NCBI GenBank assembly: GCA_963738345.1
Contig: CAVTWI010000002.1
Location: forward strand, 3,421,860-3,485,859
Length of the DNA: 64,000 nt
Source: Bryobacterales bacterium
GTDB taxonomy: Bacteria; Acidobacteriota; Terriglobia; Bryobacterales; Bryobacteraceae
Reading direction: 5' to 3'
The position numbers and the translations under genes are program-made. Shown here piece by piece: positions 28,599-39,429 of the stretch. Position 1 is the stretch's first letter. Each line of letters starts with the position of its first letter. The notes under the pieces are model-generated. The model was not told the DNA's origin. It was given only the letters and a program-made list of their open reading frames with translations, and made no database searches.

Positions 28599-29699
28599 GA
28601 CTCAGTACGGTGGCGATTTGCGCCTTACGTTCGCGGGTCATGGATTCTTCCTCGCATTCTGCGGGTCTTGCCTTGCGTATAATGGTCAAGTCGAAATTGC
28701 CGTTCTTGTCGACGATGAGTTTTTTGATTTTGGGCAGGACCTGTTCCATGGTTTCCAGATAGAGGCGGCGTCCATTGACTGCCGAGGCGCGCGCGTATTC
28801 GCTGGCGACCAGGTCGAAGCGGGCGGCGTCGCCTTTGGCTTCGTCGATCTTGCTTTGCTTGTAGGCTTGGGAGGCTTCGGTCATCTGCTGGGCTTCGCCA
28901 CGCGCACGGGGGACGAGATCGTTTTCGTAGCCGAGGGCTTCGTTGTAAATACGAGCGCCATCGGCGCGGGCGCTGGCCACATCGCGGAATGCGTCAGCGG
29001 CCTCTGGGGGGGGCGTCACGCTCTCGATATTGACGCTGGCTATGCGAACGCCCAGGCGGTAGCGATCGATCACGTTCTGGGCCGCGGCGCGCACTTGCTC
29101 CTGAATCGCGGTCTTGCCGGTGGTGAGGATGGCGTCCACGGGATTTTGGCCGATGCGGCGGGCGAGTTCGGTTTCGACGGCTGCGCCGACGCTGCGGGCT
29201 ACATCCTGTGCACCGAACAGATAGTCGGATGGAGTGCCGACGGAGTACTGCACGACGGCGCGCAGATTAATAATGTTCTGATCGCCGGTGAGGAATTGCG
29301 AGGCCAGCGGCTGGGTGCGGCCGAGAACGCTATCGGGAAGATCGCCGCCTACGACCAGGCGCTGGCGCTGCTGGACTTTCAGTTTAGTGACGCGATCGAT
29401 GGGCCACGGCAGGGCGATGTGGATGCCTGGAAAGACGCGGGGCTCGACCACTTGCCCAAAGCGCGTTACGACGGCTTGTTGGTCGGCCGGCACAATGTAG
29501 ACGCCGCTGACGAGCCACAAGCCCGCGAGAGCCAAGGCGATGCGGCGAAGGGGAGGGCGGCTGCCCGGTTCCCTGGCGGGTGGGTGCGGATGTTCGTGGT
29601 GATGGTGTTCATGGGTATGGGGGTGGTGATGCCCATGCTGTGATCGTGGTGATCGTGATGATCGTGGTGGTGCGGTTCTACCGCGGGAGCGGTACTCAT
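28468..29699 (-). CDS. HflK-like SPFH/band-7 protein with His-rich N-terminus; -1 frame change inside the His-codon repeat
   Basis: ATG overlaps the upstream hflC-like stop (ATGA). Frame A: MSTAPAVEPHHHDHHDHHDHS. Frame B: QHGHHHPHTHEHHHHEHPHPPAREPGSRPPLRRIALALAGLWLVSGVYIVPADQQAVVTRFGQ... through a full band-7 domain (EALGYENDLVPRARGEAQQMTEASQAYK). Frame B has no start codon before 29535. Confidence 0.6.
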
Positions 29700-30558
29700 T
29701 GCGCGCCGCCTTCGCCTTTCATGAGCACTTTCAGCAGCTCGGAATCGGAACTGAGAATTGCAGTGGTCTTGTCGTCGAGGATTTTCTTATACGATTCCAG
29801 CGTGCGGACTAGTTTGTAGAATTTCGGATTCCGGGAATAGGCTTCGCTATAGATGCGGGTGGAAGCGGCATCGCCCTCGCCGCGAGTTTTTTCCGCGTCT
29901 TTGTAGGCGGCGGAGAGGATCTCATCGCGCTGACGGTCGGCATCGGCACGGATGCGCAGCGCCTGCTCTTCGCCCTCGGCACGATACTGGCGAGCGATGC
30001 GCTCGCGTTCGGCACGCATGCGGGCGTACACGCTCTGCTTGTTCTGTTCGGGAAGATTGATGCCGCTTGATGCGCACATCGACGATGTCGATGCCGTACT
30101 GAGACAAGGCCGAACTGCCGGTAGCAGCGGTCAACTGGTCGAGGAAGGCTTCCGACTGGGTACCACCGGCGTTGGCGGCGACGATGGAATCGAGGTCGTG
30201 GGTGCCAAGGACGGCCGACAAGTCCGGACCATACGATGTCGTGTAAACGCATCTCGGCGGAGATCGGGTCGCCCACGGTTTCGACGAAACGCTTGGGATC
30301 GCGAATGCGCCAAGCGACATAGCTTTCGATGACCAGATTCTTCTTGTCGCGGGTGAGGAATTCGCTGGGCCGCGGATCGTAAATGCGCAGGCGGCGGTCA
30401 AAGTAAGTGACGCTTTGAAAGAACCATTTAGCATTCAGGCCGGCGCCGGTAATGGTGCGGACGGGTCTGCCGAATTGGGTGATGAGCGCGAATTCGGTTT
30501 CGCGAACGGAGAACAATGTGAGCCAGACGAACAGAAGGAGAGCAACCGCCACGACCAA
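29696..30558 (-). pseudogene. HflC-like SPFH/band-7 protein in three frames (two 1-nt indels)
   Basis: Frame 1: MVVAVALLLFVWLTLFSVRETEFALITQFGRPV...DPISAEMRL. Frame 2: YTTSYGPDLSAVLGTHDLDSIVAANAGG...GIDIVDVRIKR. Frame 3: INLPEQNKQSVYARMRAERERIARQYRAEGEE...FYKLVRTLESYKKIL...DSELLKVLMKGEGGAQ*. These align to E. coli HflC (recalled). Confidence 0.6.
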
Positions 30559-30599
30559 CAGATATAGTGCGTTTTTTTAAGATGCATGATTTCCGTCTT

Positions 30600-31698
30600 C
30601 TTACTGTCCCAATCCCAAGGTTCCGGGGGGCGCGACCTCCACGCCATCTTCGAGCAGTAGGAGATGGCGGCGTCCAGAGGACGAATCCAGAATTAGTTTT
30701 TTCTTGCCCGGCAGGACCTGGTCCATGGTTTCCAGATAAAGGCGGAAGCGGTGGATGGCGGGCGCGGTATTGAAGGCTGCCTCGGTGAGATCGAAAGCGG
30801 GCGCCGTCGCCATCCGCGCGCTGGGTGCGGCTGATTTTATAGCCTTGCGCGGATTGCAGGCGGGCCTGGGCGTTGCCGCGGGCCAAGCGCCACTTGCTCA
30901 TTGCGATAACCCTCGGCTTCATTGATCGAGGCGGTTCTTTTCTTCGTAGGCGGCGGAGACTTCGCGGAACGCGTCGACCACTTCGAGCGAAGGATGGACA
31001 TCGAGCAACTTGACGCGGATGACTGTTGCGCCCGCGCCATAGCGATCGAGCTTTGTTCTGCAGCGCCGCCATGACGCGGCTTTCGATGGACTGCCGGCCG
31101 GTAGTTAGGACGTCGTCGAGCGGGGCGGCGGAGACGGTGGTTTGCAGAGCCGATTCGGCGGCGGTACGGACGGTAGTTTCAGCGTCGAGTTGCTGGAATA
31201 GGAAATCGTCAGGGCGGTCCATCTGGTAGTGGACGACGGCGTTCACTTCGATCATGTTCTGGTCGCCGGTGAGCATGAGAGCCTCTTCGGGCTTGCGGAG
31301 GAAACGGCCGGAGCGATGCTGCACGTTCCACTCGTAGGCGGCAGGTTCGGCATCCAGACTGGCGCCGTTGGAACGGAAACCGACCTCCACCACGCGCACG
31401 TTACGGCTGCGGACACGGGTGAGGCGTTCGATGGGCCAGGGGAGTTTGTAGTGCAGGCCGGACTGGCGATAGGGAAGGATCTTGCGGCCGAAGCGCTCGA
31501 CCACGCCGGTTTCATTGGGCCCCAGTGAGTAAAAGCCGCTCAAGATCAGCAGGGCAGCGGCAGCGGCCAGGACGGGGCGGGTAAGTTGGCGGCGGTGGGC
31601 GACGGCGCGATCGAACCAGTGCTTAGGATCGAGATCGTGCGACAGGTGGTGGAGTCGATGCGAGAGTTGGTGCAGGCGGGCGGCCGGGATCCAGGCGA
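30600..31698 (-). pseudogene. decayed HflK-like SPFH copy (at least 4 frameshifts) immediately downstream of, and in frame with, the P-type ATPase
   Basis: His-rich linker LHQLSHRLHHLSHD, TM helix, NETGVVERFGRK...DQNMIEVNAVVHYQMDRPDDFLFQ in the ATPase frame. INEAEGYRNEQVAL, ARGNAQARLQSAQGYK and YLETMDQVLPGKKKLILD appear in other frames. Confidence 0.5.
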
Positions 31699-33574
31699 AC
31701 AGGCCGCTACGGCGCTCGACGCGCAGCAGGCGCAGGGAATTCAAGACTACTAATAAAGATGCGATCTGGTGGGTGACGGCCGCGCCGATGGGTCCCAGTT
31801 TGCCGGTGGCGGCAGCGGTGATGGCGACGGCATTCACGATGCCCGCGAAGATGATGATATTTTGCCAAGCCGTGCGGAGGGCGCGGCGGCTCACTTCGAA
31901 AAGCTGGGGCAGCGCTTCCAGGGAGTGACCTAGGAAGACCACGCCTGCGGCTTCAGCGGTGATATCGTTGGCGCCACCGACGGCGATGCCGACATCCGCG
32001 GCGGCTAGTGCGGGAGCGTCGTTCAGTCCGTCGCCCACCATGGCAACGTGGTGACCATGGGCGGTGGCATGGCGGATGCGTTCCAGCTTATCTTCGGGCA
32101 GCAGCCCGGCGGCGACGTCGCGGAGGCCGGCCTCGCGGGCAATGGCTTCGGCCGCGCGCTGGCGATCGCCGGTGAGCATGGTGAGACGCGAAATCTCAAG
32201 GTGCTCGAGTTCATGGACGGCGCGGCGGGCGCCTTCGCGGAGGCGATCGCGAAGTAGGAGGCTGCCGGCCAGCACTCCGTTTTCGGCGATCAGGACCGCG
32301 GTGGCTCCGTAGCGATCGGCTTCTTCGAGTAGCGGTTCGAGGCCGGTGACATGGTGGTCGGCCAGGAATGCCGCGTTTCCGGCGATGATGGTGCGGCCTC
32401 CGGCGCGGGCGGTGGCGCCACGGCCGGGCACGATATTCGACTCGTCAGGGGGGGGGATGGGCAGGGCGCGATGCCGGGCTTCGTCCAGGATGGCGCGCGC
32501 CAGGACGTGCTCGGAACCGTACTCGGCAGTGGCTGCCAGTGACAGGACTTCGGACTCGGTGCGCCCGACGGCAGTGACTTTCACTACTCCGAAGCGGCCT
32601 TCGGTGATGGTGCCGGTCTTATCGAAGAAGACTGTGTCGATTTTGGCAGCCGCTTGTAGGACGGTACCGCCGCGCACCAGAATACCGCGCCGGGCCAGAC
32701 CTCCTATGGCGGCGACCATGGCCGCGGGAGTGGCGAGGATTAGGGCACAGGGGCAGGCGACGATCAAGACAGAGACGGTGCGCAGCCAATCGCGGGTGAA
32801 GTAGAAAGTGAGCCCAGCGACCAGCATCAGAGCGGGTAGGAAGTAGCGGGCAAAACGATCGGCGAGGCGTTCTACGGGGGCGCGCTTTTCGCGAGCGTGC
32901 TCGACGAGTTTAATTACGCGGGCGAGAGTGGTTTCCGATCCGGCGCGAGTTACGGTGATGCGCAGGGGGCCGAGACCGTTGAGCGTTCCAGAGAATACGG
33001 GGTCGCCGGCGCTCTTATCGCGCGGGAGCGGTTCGCCGGTGATGGTGCTTTCGTCGATGCTGGAGGTGCCGTGAAAGATTACGCCATCGGCGGCGACACG
33101 CTCGCCGGGCCGGACCAACACGACGTCCCCGGGCACCAACTGGGCGGCGTCTACTTCAGCCTCGACACCGTCCCGAAGGACGCGCGCGTGGCGCGGCAGT
33201 TGTTCCACGAAGCGTTGAATGGCGGCGTGAGTACGGCCCGCCGCGTAGCCTTCCAGCGCTTCGCCGATCAGCATGATGAACATGGCTTCGGCGGCGGCGA
33301 GAAACTGGCCAGAGGCGAGAGCCGCGATTACCGCCACGCAAATGGCAAGATCAGCCGAAATCTTGCGTTGTAGCAAACCGGAGATAGCGGTGAAGAAGGT
33401 ACGGTATCCGGCGATTAGAGTGAGTATGGCGGCGGTGTCTATGCCTGCGATGGTGGTGAAAGCGCCGGTTACATTGAGTAATAGAAGGATGCCGATGAAG
33501 GCGGCGAAGCCGAACTGTTGGATCAGTTGCTTGCGTACATCGTATACCGGTTCCTTAGGTAAATGAACGTGCAT
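31699..33574 (-). CDS. heavy-metal P1B-type ATPase (CPC motif) lacking an N-terminal HMA domain; no stop codon before the HflK-like segment
   Basis: TM6 IVACPCALILATPAAM, phosphorylation site DKTGTITEG, hinge GDGLNDAPALAAADVGIAVG; starts 3 nt after the stop of the upstream propeller-PHP paralog. Confidence 0.8.
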
Positions 33575-33577
33575 AAG

Positions 33578-36466
33578 TTATCTCTTTTGGATCCATACGG
33601 GCGAACTCCAGGCGAGGTTGCCATCCTCCTGCTCGACGCGGACGTAATAGCGGTTCTCGCCCGGCACGGGGTGCGGGTCCATGTAAGTGAACTGCGAGTG
33701 GCGTTCGCCGGTGGGGGTGACCTCGTAGGCGTACGACTCGTTGTGAATGACGGCGATGCGCCGGATGGGCCCGGTACCGACGGCGTTGACGCGAAGCACA
33801 TACTGGCTGGTGGCGGGGATTTCGTCGCCTTGCAGATACTCACGACCGCCAGCCTCGACGCGGAAATCTAGAATGATGTTGTCAGTGGCGCCGTAGGAAT
33901 GGCGCTTGCGCATGGCGTCGACAAGGTCCTGACGGCCGGTGCCGGTAGCCAGGATGCAGGAGTAGGAAATGTGAGTAGAGCAATGGTCAGATGCGGCTTC
34001 GAAGCCGATGCGATAGCCCTTGGCCAGTGCATTCCAAATGAAACCCGCGGGGCGGTAGCCACTACGCTGGGTGTATAGCTTTTCGGCGGTGGGAGCTTTC
34101 GGTCCACCTTCATGCTCGTAGGCGTCGCGATGACCCTGGTACACTTCGACCAACGGTTCGAGCGTGTTGTCATGATCCTGCCAGTCGGTGCCTTGATCCG
34201 TGGCGGTGGTGTGACGAAAAGCCAGCCCGTCATATTGGCGCAAGTACGGAAGCACGCGGGTAGCGGAGCGGATGGTGCCCGGTTTGTCGGGTCCCGTTTG
34301 CTCGGCAGGATCGATAGGCAAGATGGGAATATCGCGCTTGGTGAAAACGATATTGCGGTGTCCGTTGGGGTAAACGACGCTGCGTTCGTAGGCGTAAAGA
34401 GTAGTCAAGCGGTGAGTGACTTGAAAGACATCGCAGGACTTTTGTGTCTTCCACCAGTTGTAAGATGTGCCGCCACCCTGATGATCGGTGACGGTGGAAA
34501 AGTCCAGACTGGCGGCGTCGAGAGCATAGCGGTAGAAATCCCATAGCGAGCCATCACCTACGCCGTCGGTGGAGAGGGATGTGTGACGATGTAAGTCGCC
34601 GCGCAAGACGCGATATTCAGTGCCCGCTACTTGCATGCGGTAATCGCGGATGGAGCGCACGTCGGCGGGCTCGGCGGGATGCGTAGGCGCGGATAGTTCG
34701 GGGCGTTCCACGAAGGGCTTAAAGCGGATTTCCCCAGAGGGGGGGGCCTCGGGGACAGTGGCCGCGTACACGGTTTGGCGGCCCGGCTTGGCGGTCTGAA
34801 AGTCGCGATTGTCGCCGGACCAAGCGGCCCAGAGTTGGCCATCGGGCGTGGCGGCGAGGGCTACGCGAGCGTCGTTTGCGCCGGTAGATTGGGGCAGGGT
34901 CTGGCTACGATGCCATCCTGTGCCGTCAAGGGTGAAGACGGCGTCTTCCCATACGCCATTGGCGCCCCAAACCTCGATCACACTGTTTGACTTAGTCAGT
35001 TGCAAAGCGGCGAGTGCGACTTTGCCGTCCGGAGTTACGGTGATCTGCGGGTTCTGCAAGAAGCGCGGGAGTGACAGGGGAAAGGCATCGCCAAGGGGCG
35101 CTTCGGGTTCTTCGATGCGGTCACCGGTGATCCGGAGTACGCGTACTTTGCGGGATTGATATAGCGGGTTCCCAGCGGTCTTGACTAGAAAGCCGTAGTC
35201 CTTGCCCCAGTTGGCTTCCGCTTCATCGAAGGCCATCCACAGGTGCCCAGCTTTGTCACAGGCGAGTGCAGCATGGGCCTCCATGCGGGGCGAGTGAGTG
35301 ACCGATCGGATTGGCGAAGCTTGGCCTTCGGAGAACGAGCGCAAGAACACGTCGTAATTGCCGCGATCATAGCTATCCCATGCGATCCAGACCGTACCGT
35401 TGGCGTCGGCGGCGATGGCGGGTTCCCAATCGTTGGCAGGGGACTCGCTGACCCGCCGTTCGGGCTGCCATTGTCCGCCGTGAAATGTCTTGGTGTAGAT
35501 GTCGGACTGGCCATCGCGAAAAGCTTGCCAAGCGAGCCAGAGATCGCCCTGGCTATCGGTGGCTACGCGGGGGTTGATGTCGGAACCAGGGGCGCTGGTC
35601 ACGCGCTCGACATTGCTCCATGCGCCGGCGGAGTTGCGGCGTTCGTAGAGATCCCAGTTGCCGTCAACCTGCGCCGCCCAAATTACGTGCAGGACACCTG
35701 CGCCATCGTATCCGGCCGTGGGCCGCAGCACGTCACGGGTCTCGGACTGTTCCACGATTTCTGGGGGGTTCCATTGATGGCCATTCCACTCGCGAGTGAC
35801 TATGCGGTCGCGCTCGCCCATGAATTCCTGCCATGCGACGGCAACGCGCCCGGAGGGTCCGGCGGCGACGGCGGGGAAGTCCGCTTCGTTCGCGGTGCTG
35901 GCGCTAAAGGGATAAGCGGCGGATTCGACTTCGATGTTTCCGTTGTCGAAAGTCAGTTGCTTGCGGGCGGCCAGATCGCCTAGCGAGAAGGTGAAATTCC
36001 CTGCCCCCAATACGTGAAAGCGGGCCGCCATACTGCCTGATACGACCGCATATATGCCGTTAGGAAACACAGCGCGGGGCCCTGGAAGAACGGGGCTTAG
36101 ATCGACTTGTTGAACATTGGGCGTCCAGGCGCGGGTGGAGAAAGAGAATTCAGCGGCGCCACTGTCGGAGGCCGTAATCTGGTCTTCATTCTGAAAGTGG
36201 TAGCCCGCCAGCGACAGCACTTTGGCGTCTTCGGACACCGGTTCGATCCACCCGCGCCAGATACGGGTGGCCGAGTCAGTGACGCCGTAGCGAATCAGGA
36301 TTTGTTGAGCCGAGGCGTTCCACGGGTGGCCGGTTTCGGCTGGCGATTGTGCCCGCAGGCGCGTACCGAAGCGGGCGGCGAAAAAGCCTAGAGCCGCTAC
36401 GGCCAGTATGACGATCGCTTTGCGCACTATTTTCCCGTGTAAGTGATCCACATGGGGGAAGCCCAC
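33578..36466 (-). CDS. secreted beta-propeller (PD40/BNR-like repeats) + C-terminal PHP-type (CehA/McbA-like) metallo-phosphoesterase, paralog 1 (divergent)
   Basis: Repeats ...GRVAVAWQEF, GVLHVIWAAQVDGNWDLY, GDLWLAWQAFRDGQSDIY, GTVWIAWDSYDRGNYDVF. PHP motifs LRGDLHRHTSLSTDGVGDG, TDHQGG, NGHRN, FRHTTATDQGTDW, AASDHCSTH. True start uncertain (overlaps the paralog 2 stop by 40 nt). Confidence 0.6.
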   Translation of the reverse strand: MGFPHVDHLHGKIVRKAIVILAVAALGFFAARFGTRLRAQSPAETGHPWNASAQQILIRYGVTDSATRIWRGWIEPVSEDAKVLSLAGYHFQNEDQITASDSGAAEFSFSTRAWTPNVQQVDLSPVLPGPRAVFPNGIYAVVSGSMAARFHVLGAGNFTFSLGDLAARKQLTFDNGNIEVESAAYPFSASTANEADFPAVAAGPSGRVAVAWQEFMGERDRIVTREWNGHQWNPPEIVEQSETRDVLRPTAGYDGAGVLHVIWAAQVDGNWDLYERRNSAGAWSNVERVTSAPGSDINPRVATDSQGDLWLAWQAFRDGQSDIYTKTFHGGQWQPERRVSESPANDWEPAIAADANGTVWIAWDSYDRGNYDVFLRSFSEGQASPIRSVTHSPRMEAHAALACDKAGHLWMAFDEAEANWGKDYGFLVKTAGNPLYQSRKVRVLRITGDRIEEPEAPLGDAFPLSLPRFLQNPQITVTPDGKVALAALQLTKSNSVIEVWGANGVWEDAVFTLDGTGWHRSQTLPQSTGANDARVALAATPDGQLWAAWSGDNRDFQTAKPGRQTVYAATVPEAPPSGEIRFKPFVERPELSAPTHPAEPADVRSIRDYRMQVAGTEYRVLRGDLHRHTSLSTDGVGDGSLWDFYRYALDAASLDFSTVTDHQGGGTSYNWWKTQKSCDVFQVTHRLTTLYAYERSVVYPNGHRNIVFTKRDIPILPIDPAEQTGPDKPGTIRSATRVLPYLRQYDGLAFRHTTATDQGTDWQDHDNTLEPLVEVYQGHRDAYEHEGGPKAPTAEKLYTQRSGYRPAGFIWNALAKGYRIGFEAASDHCSTHISYSCILATGTGRQDLVDAMRKRHSYGATDNIILDFRVEAGGREYLQGDEIPATSQYVLRVNAVGTGPIRRIAVIHNESYAYEVTPTGERHSQFTYMDPHPVPGENRYYVRVEQEDGNLAWSSPVWIQKR

Positions 36467-39420
36467 ACTAACTCGCCGTTATCTTGCTCGCCCCGCACAT
36501 AGTAGTAGCTGGTTTTGCCCTTGGATGGCGCGTTGTCACGCCAGGAGAATTCGACGTTTCCAGCGTGCGGTTCGGCGGAGTAGACATATTCGTTGTCTTT
36601 CACGATCACGACCTTAGAGATCGGGTTCTGGGCCGAGAGCCTCACATGTAGGCTAGGAGGTTCGGCGGTGGAAAAGACGTCGCCCATCATGTACGGACCG
36701 CAGCGCACGTCGGCCACGATCTGCTCGGTCGATGCGTAGACGTGGCGCTTGCGGAGAGCGTCCACAATGGCCTCGCGGGTGTCACCCGACACCAGCACGT
36801 TGGCGTAACTCTGGTGGGTGGAGATGTGATCCGAACTGGCCTGGAAGCCGAGTTTATAACCCTTCTCCAGGGCCAGATTGACGAAACCCTTGGGACGCCA
36901 TCCGCCGATGGAATCGGTGGCGGAATTGGAGCGCGGCGCATCCGGCATCTCGTAGTTCTGGCGCATGCCCTGATAGATTTCGACGACTGGTTCGGCATCG
37001 GGATCGTTGTCGCGCCAGTCGGTACCCATGTCGGTGGCGCTGGTATGAGAGGCGGTCACGCCGCCGAACTTCTTCAGATATTCGTAGAACAGCAGCGTAT
37101 CGGGCGCATGGCCTGTGGAGTTTTCATCGACCTTAGGAAGGCGCGGCAAGGGCCGCACGCCGCGCTGTGCGAAGACCACGTTGCGGTGCCCTTCGGGATA
37201 CGAAACGCTGCGCTCGTAGTTGAAAAGGGGAGCGAACTTGCCGGGGGTGTAAAAGACGTCGGTCAATTTCTGGGTGGTCCACCAAGTGTATTCGCGTCCA
37301 CCGCCGTTGTCATGATCGCAGCAGCCCACCCAATCGAGCGACGCGGCATCGAGGATGTAGCGCCATTGGTCGATCAAGGTGCCATCCAGGCCGCCATCCA
37401 TGGAAATCTCGCTGTGGCGATGGAACTCGCCGCGCACGATCTGGAGCGGCTGTCCCTTGGAATCGATGCGATAGCTGCGCACAGCGTTAGTTCCGGCGCG
37501 TTCCGATTCTGATTCGACAACGAGGGCCGGGGCCGGGGGCGGCCCGATCGACTTAGCGGGCACCTGGCCCGCGGCGGCAGGCAACTTGATCACGCTGGCG
37601 TATAGATCGTTGTTGTATGGGTCAGGGATTGCGGAACCGAGCAATTGTCCAAGGCTCCAGCCCTTCTTCAACATGTATTGCACTTCGCGGCGCGAGTCTG
37701 AAGAGTTGATGACTATCAGTTCGCCGCCTGCTTTCGAGATCAATGCGGGCCGGTTATCGAGCACATTGTCACTGCGGAAGATATAAGTAGGACCGGTCCA
37801 GGCTTTGCCGTCGTAACTAATTACAAACTCGGACCAAGAGGTGCCGAGGGGCGTCCATACCTGGGGGTGCATGCTGCGATAGGCCAACCAGAGCCTACCG
37901 GAAGCGTCCACCGTGAGCCGGGGCAAAGTATTGCGCGGATTGTTTTCGGGCCAGGGATGCGCGTTCGATGGACGGCGCGTGAACAACTCAGAATCGGATC
38001 GCTCCCAACCCTTGACATTGACTTGACGACCACCGCCATCCTCGCGGATATCGGACAAACCCTGCAGTGCGACGTCGGGATTGACGGCGGGTTGCAGCAG
38101 GCGGCCCGACCGATCGAGCCCTACCATGCGGATGCCGCGCGACAGATAGACGGGAACGCCCGAACTGCGGTGCGCTCCGAAATCCTTGCCCCAGTTGTCG
38201 GATCCGGTTTCGTAGGCGATCCACAAGCGGCCCTCGCCATCGTATGCGATGGAAGGATACGCTTCATAGAGGGGCGTGGCGGCCACCGGAATCTCAGCGC
38301 CCCACTGGCCCGGTGCGGTCGCGGTACGCGCATAGATGTCATAGCTACCGTTGCGGTAGGAATCCCACGCGACCGATACACGGCCGGAGGAATCCGCCGC
38401 GATGGCCGGATTCCATTCATTGCCTTTCGAGTTCGAGACGGCCTCGGGCGCAGAGAAGCCGTTGCCCTGTTGGGTTGCGGCAAAGATGACGCCGCGGCCG
38501 TCGCGCCAACCCTGCCAGGCGACCCAAACGCGACCGCCGGAATCAGTCGTAGCCGCGGGAAAAACATCTGAGCCGGGTGAGTTGGTAATGCGCACGGTGG
38601 CGCCCGGCGTACCATTGTCGATCACGCGAGCCCATAGGTCGAAGTTGTTGGCTTGGTTGGCAGACCAGAAGACCCACGGCTTGCCGGAGCCATCCACAGC
38701 GATAGCCGGCCGGTATAGGTCGCCGCCGGGGGGGGTAATGGCAATCGGCTCACTCCAACGATTCCCCGAGAAGCGCTTGACCAGGATCTGGTCACCCTCG
38801 GCTTTGGCTACCAATGGCGACAAGTCCGTGGGCTTCTCTTTATAGGGAGCGCGCAATTGATCATGATCGGGACGATGTTTGAACTCAACGTAAGCAACCC
38901 AAATGTCACCATTGGCCGTTGCCGCCGCCGGATAATCCTGCTCGTCGGGCGAGTCGGTCAGGCGCGACGAAGGGGGGATCCGGTCAACGGCGACGTTGCC
39001 GTCGAGAGCGTAGTGGAACTTACCGTAAGGCAGGTCGGCCAGTTTGAAGGTGAACGGTCCAAGCGGAGTTGTGACCTGGATCTTGCTGTCCTCGCCTTCA
39101 CCGCTGAGCCATAAGATGACACCGTTGGGCCCCACGGGCGGGGTTTGCCGCTGTACCAAGTGGAGGAATGACAGCACAGGCGCGGTGGAGAGCTTCCACG
39201 ATCCGTCACTGGCAATTTCGTCGTCTTTACCAAACCGCCAAGGGTCAACCTTGGTGATACGGCCGCCGTCAATAGTGGCGGACCCATCCCATTTCTTGCC
39301 GGCCCGATCCATCAGGCCGAGTAAGACACGGACACCCATGTCCGCTCGAATGGGAAGCGCCGCAGCGAACAGCGTGGCCGCAAGCGCGGTGGAATTGAAT
39401 AGTATACGTGAAGTCGACAT
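36427..39420 (-). CDS. secreted beta-propeller + PHP-type metallo-phosphoesterase, paralog 2
   Basis: Signal peptide; GDIWVAYVEF, GKPWVFWSANQANNFDLW, GRVWVAWQGWRDGRGVIF, GRVSVAWDSYRNGSYDIY, GRLWIAYETGSDNWGKDFG; IVRGEFHRHSEISMDGGLDG...CCDHDNGG...EGHRNV...ASHTSATDMGTDW...ASSDHISTH. Confidence 0.65.
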   Translation of the reverse strand: MSTSRILFNSTALAATLFAAALPIRADMGVRVLLGLMDRAGKKWDGSATIDGGRITKVDPWRFGKDDEIASDGSWKLSTAPVLSFLHLVQRQTPPVGPNGVILWLSGEGEDSKIQVTTPLGPFTFKLADLPYGKFHYALDGNVAVDRIPPSSRLTDSPDEQDYPAAATANGDIWVAYVEFKHRPDHDQLRAPYKEKPTDLSPLVAKAEGDQILVKRFSGNRWSEPIAITPPGGDLYRPAIAVDGSGKPWVFWSANQANNFDLWARVIDNGTPGATVRITNSPGSDVFPAATTDSGGRVWVAWQGWRDGRGVIFAATQQGNGFSAPEAVSNSKGNEWNPAIAADSSGRVSVAWDSYRNGSYDIYARTATAPGQWGAEIPVAATPLYEAYPSIAYDGEGRLWIAYETGSDNWGKDFGAHRSSGVPVYLSRGIRMVGLDRSGRLLQPAVNPDVALQGLSDIREDGGGRQVNVKGWERSDSELFTRRPSNAHPWPENNPRNTLPRLTVDASGRLWLAYRSMHPQVWTPLGTSWSEFVISYDGKAWTGPTYIFRSDNVLDNRPALISKAGGELIVINSSDSRREVQYMLKKGWSLGQLLGSAIPDPYNNDLYASVIKLPAAAGQVPAKSIGPPPAPALVVESESERAGTNAVRSYRIDSKGQPLQIVRGEFHRHSEISMDGGLDGTLIDQWRYILDAASLDWVGCCDHDNGGGREYTWWTTQKLTDVFYTPGKFAPLFNYERSVSYPEGHRNVVFAQRGVRPLPRLPKVDENSTGHAPDTLLFYEYLKKFGGVTASHTSATDMGTDWRDNDPDAEPVVEIYQGMRQNYEMPDAPRSNSATDSIGGWRPKGFVNLALEKGYKLGFQASSDHISTHQSYANVLVSGDTREAIVDALRKRHVYASTEQIVADVRCGPYMMGDVFSTAEPPSLHVRLSAQNPISKVVIVKDNEYVYSAEPHAGNVEFSWRDNAPSKGKTSYYYVRGEQDNGELVWASPMWITYTGK

Positions 39421-39429
39421 GCCGGTTCC

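Noticed and set aside
29560-29700. Possible CRISPR-like or tandem DNA repeat (cac/cat/gat units).
   Set aside because: The repeat is a codon-level His/Asp repeat inside a coding N-terminus, with no spacer/repeat architecture and no cas genes.
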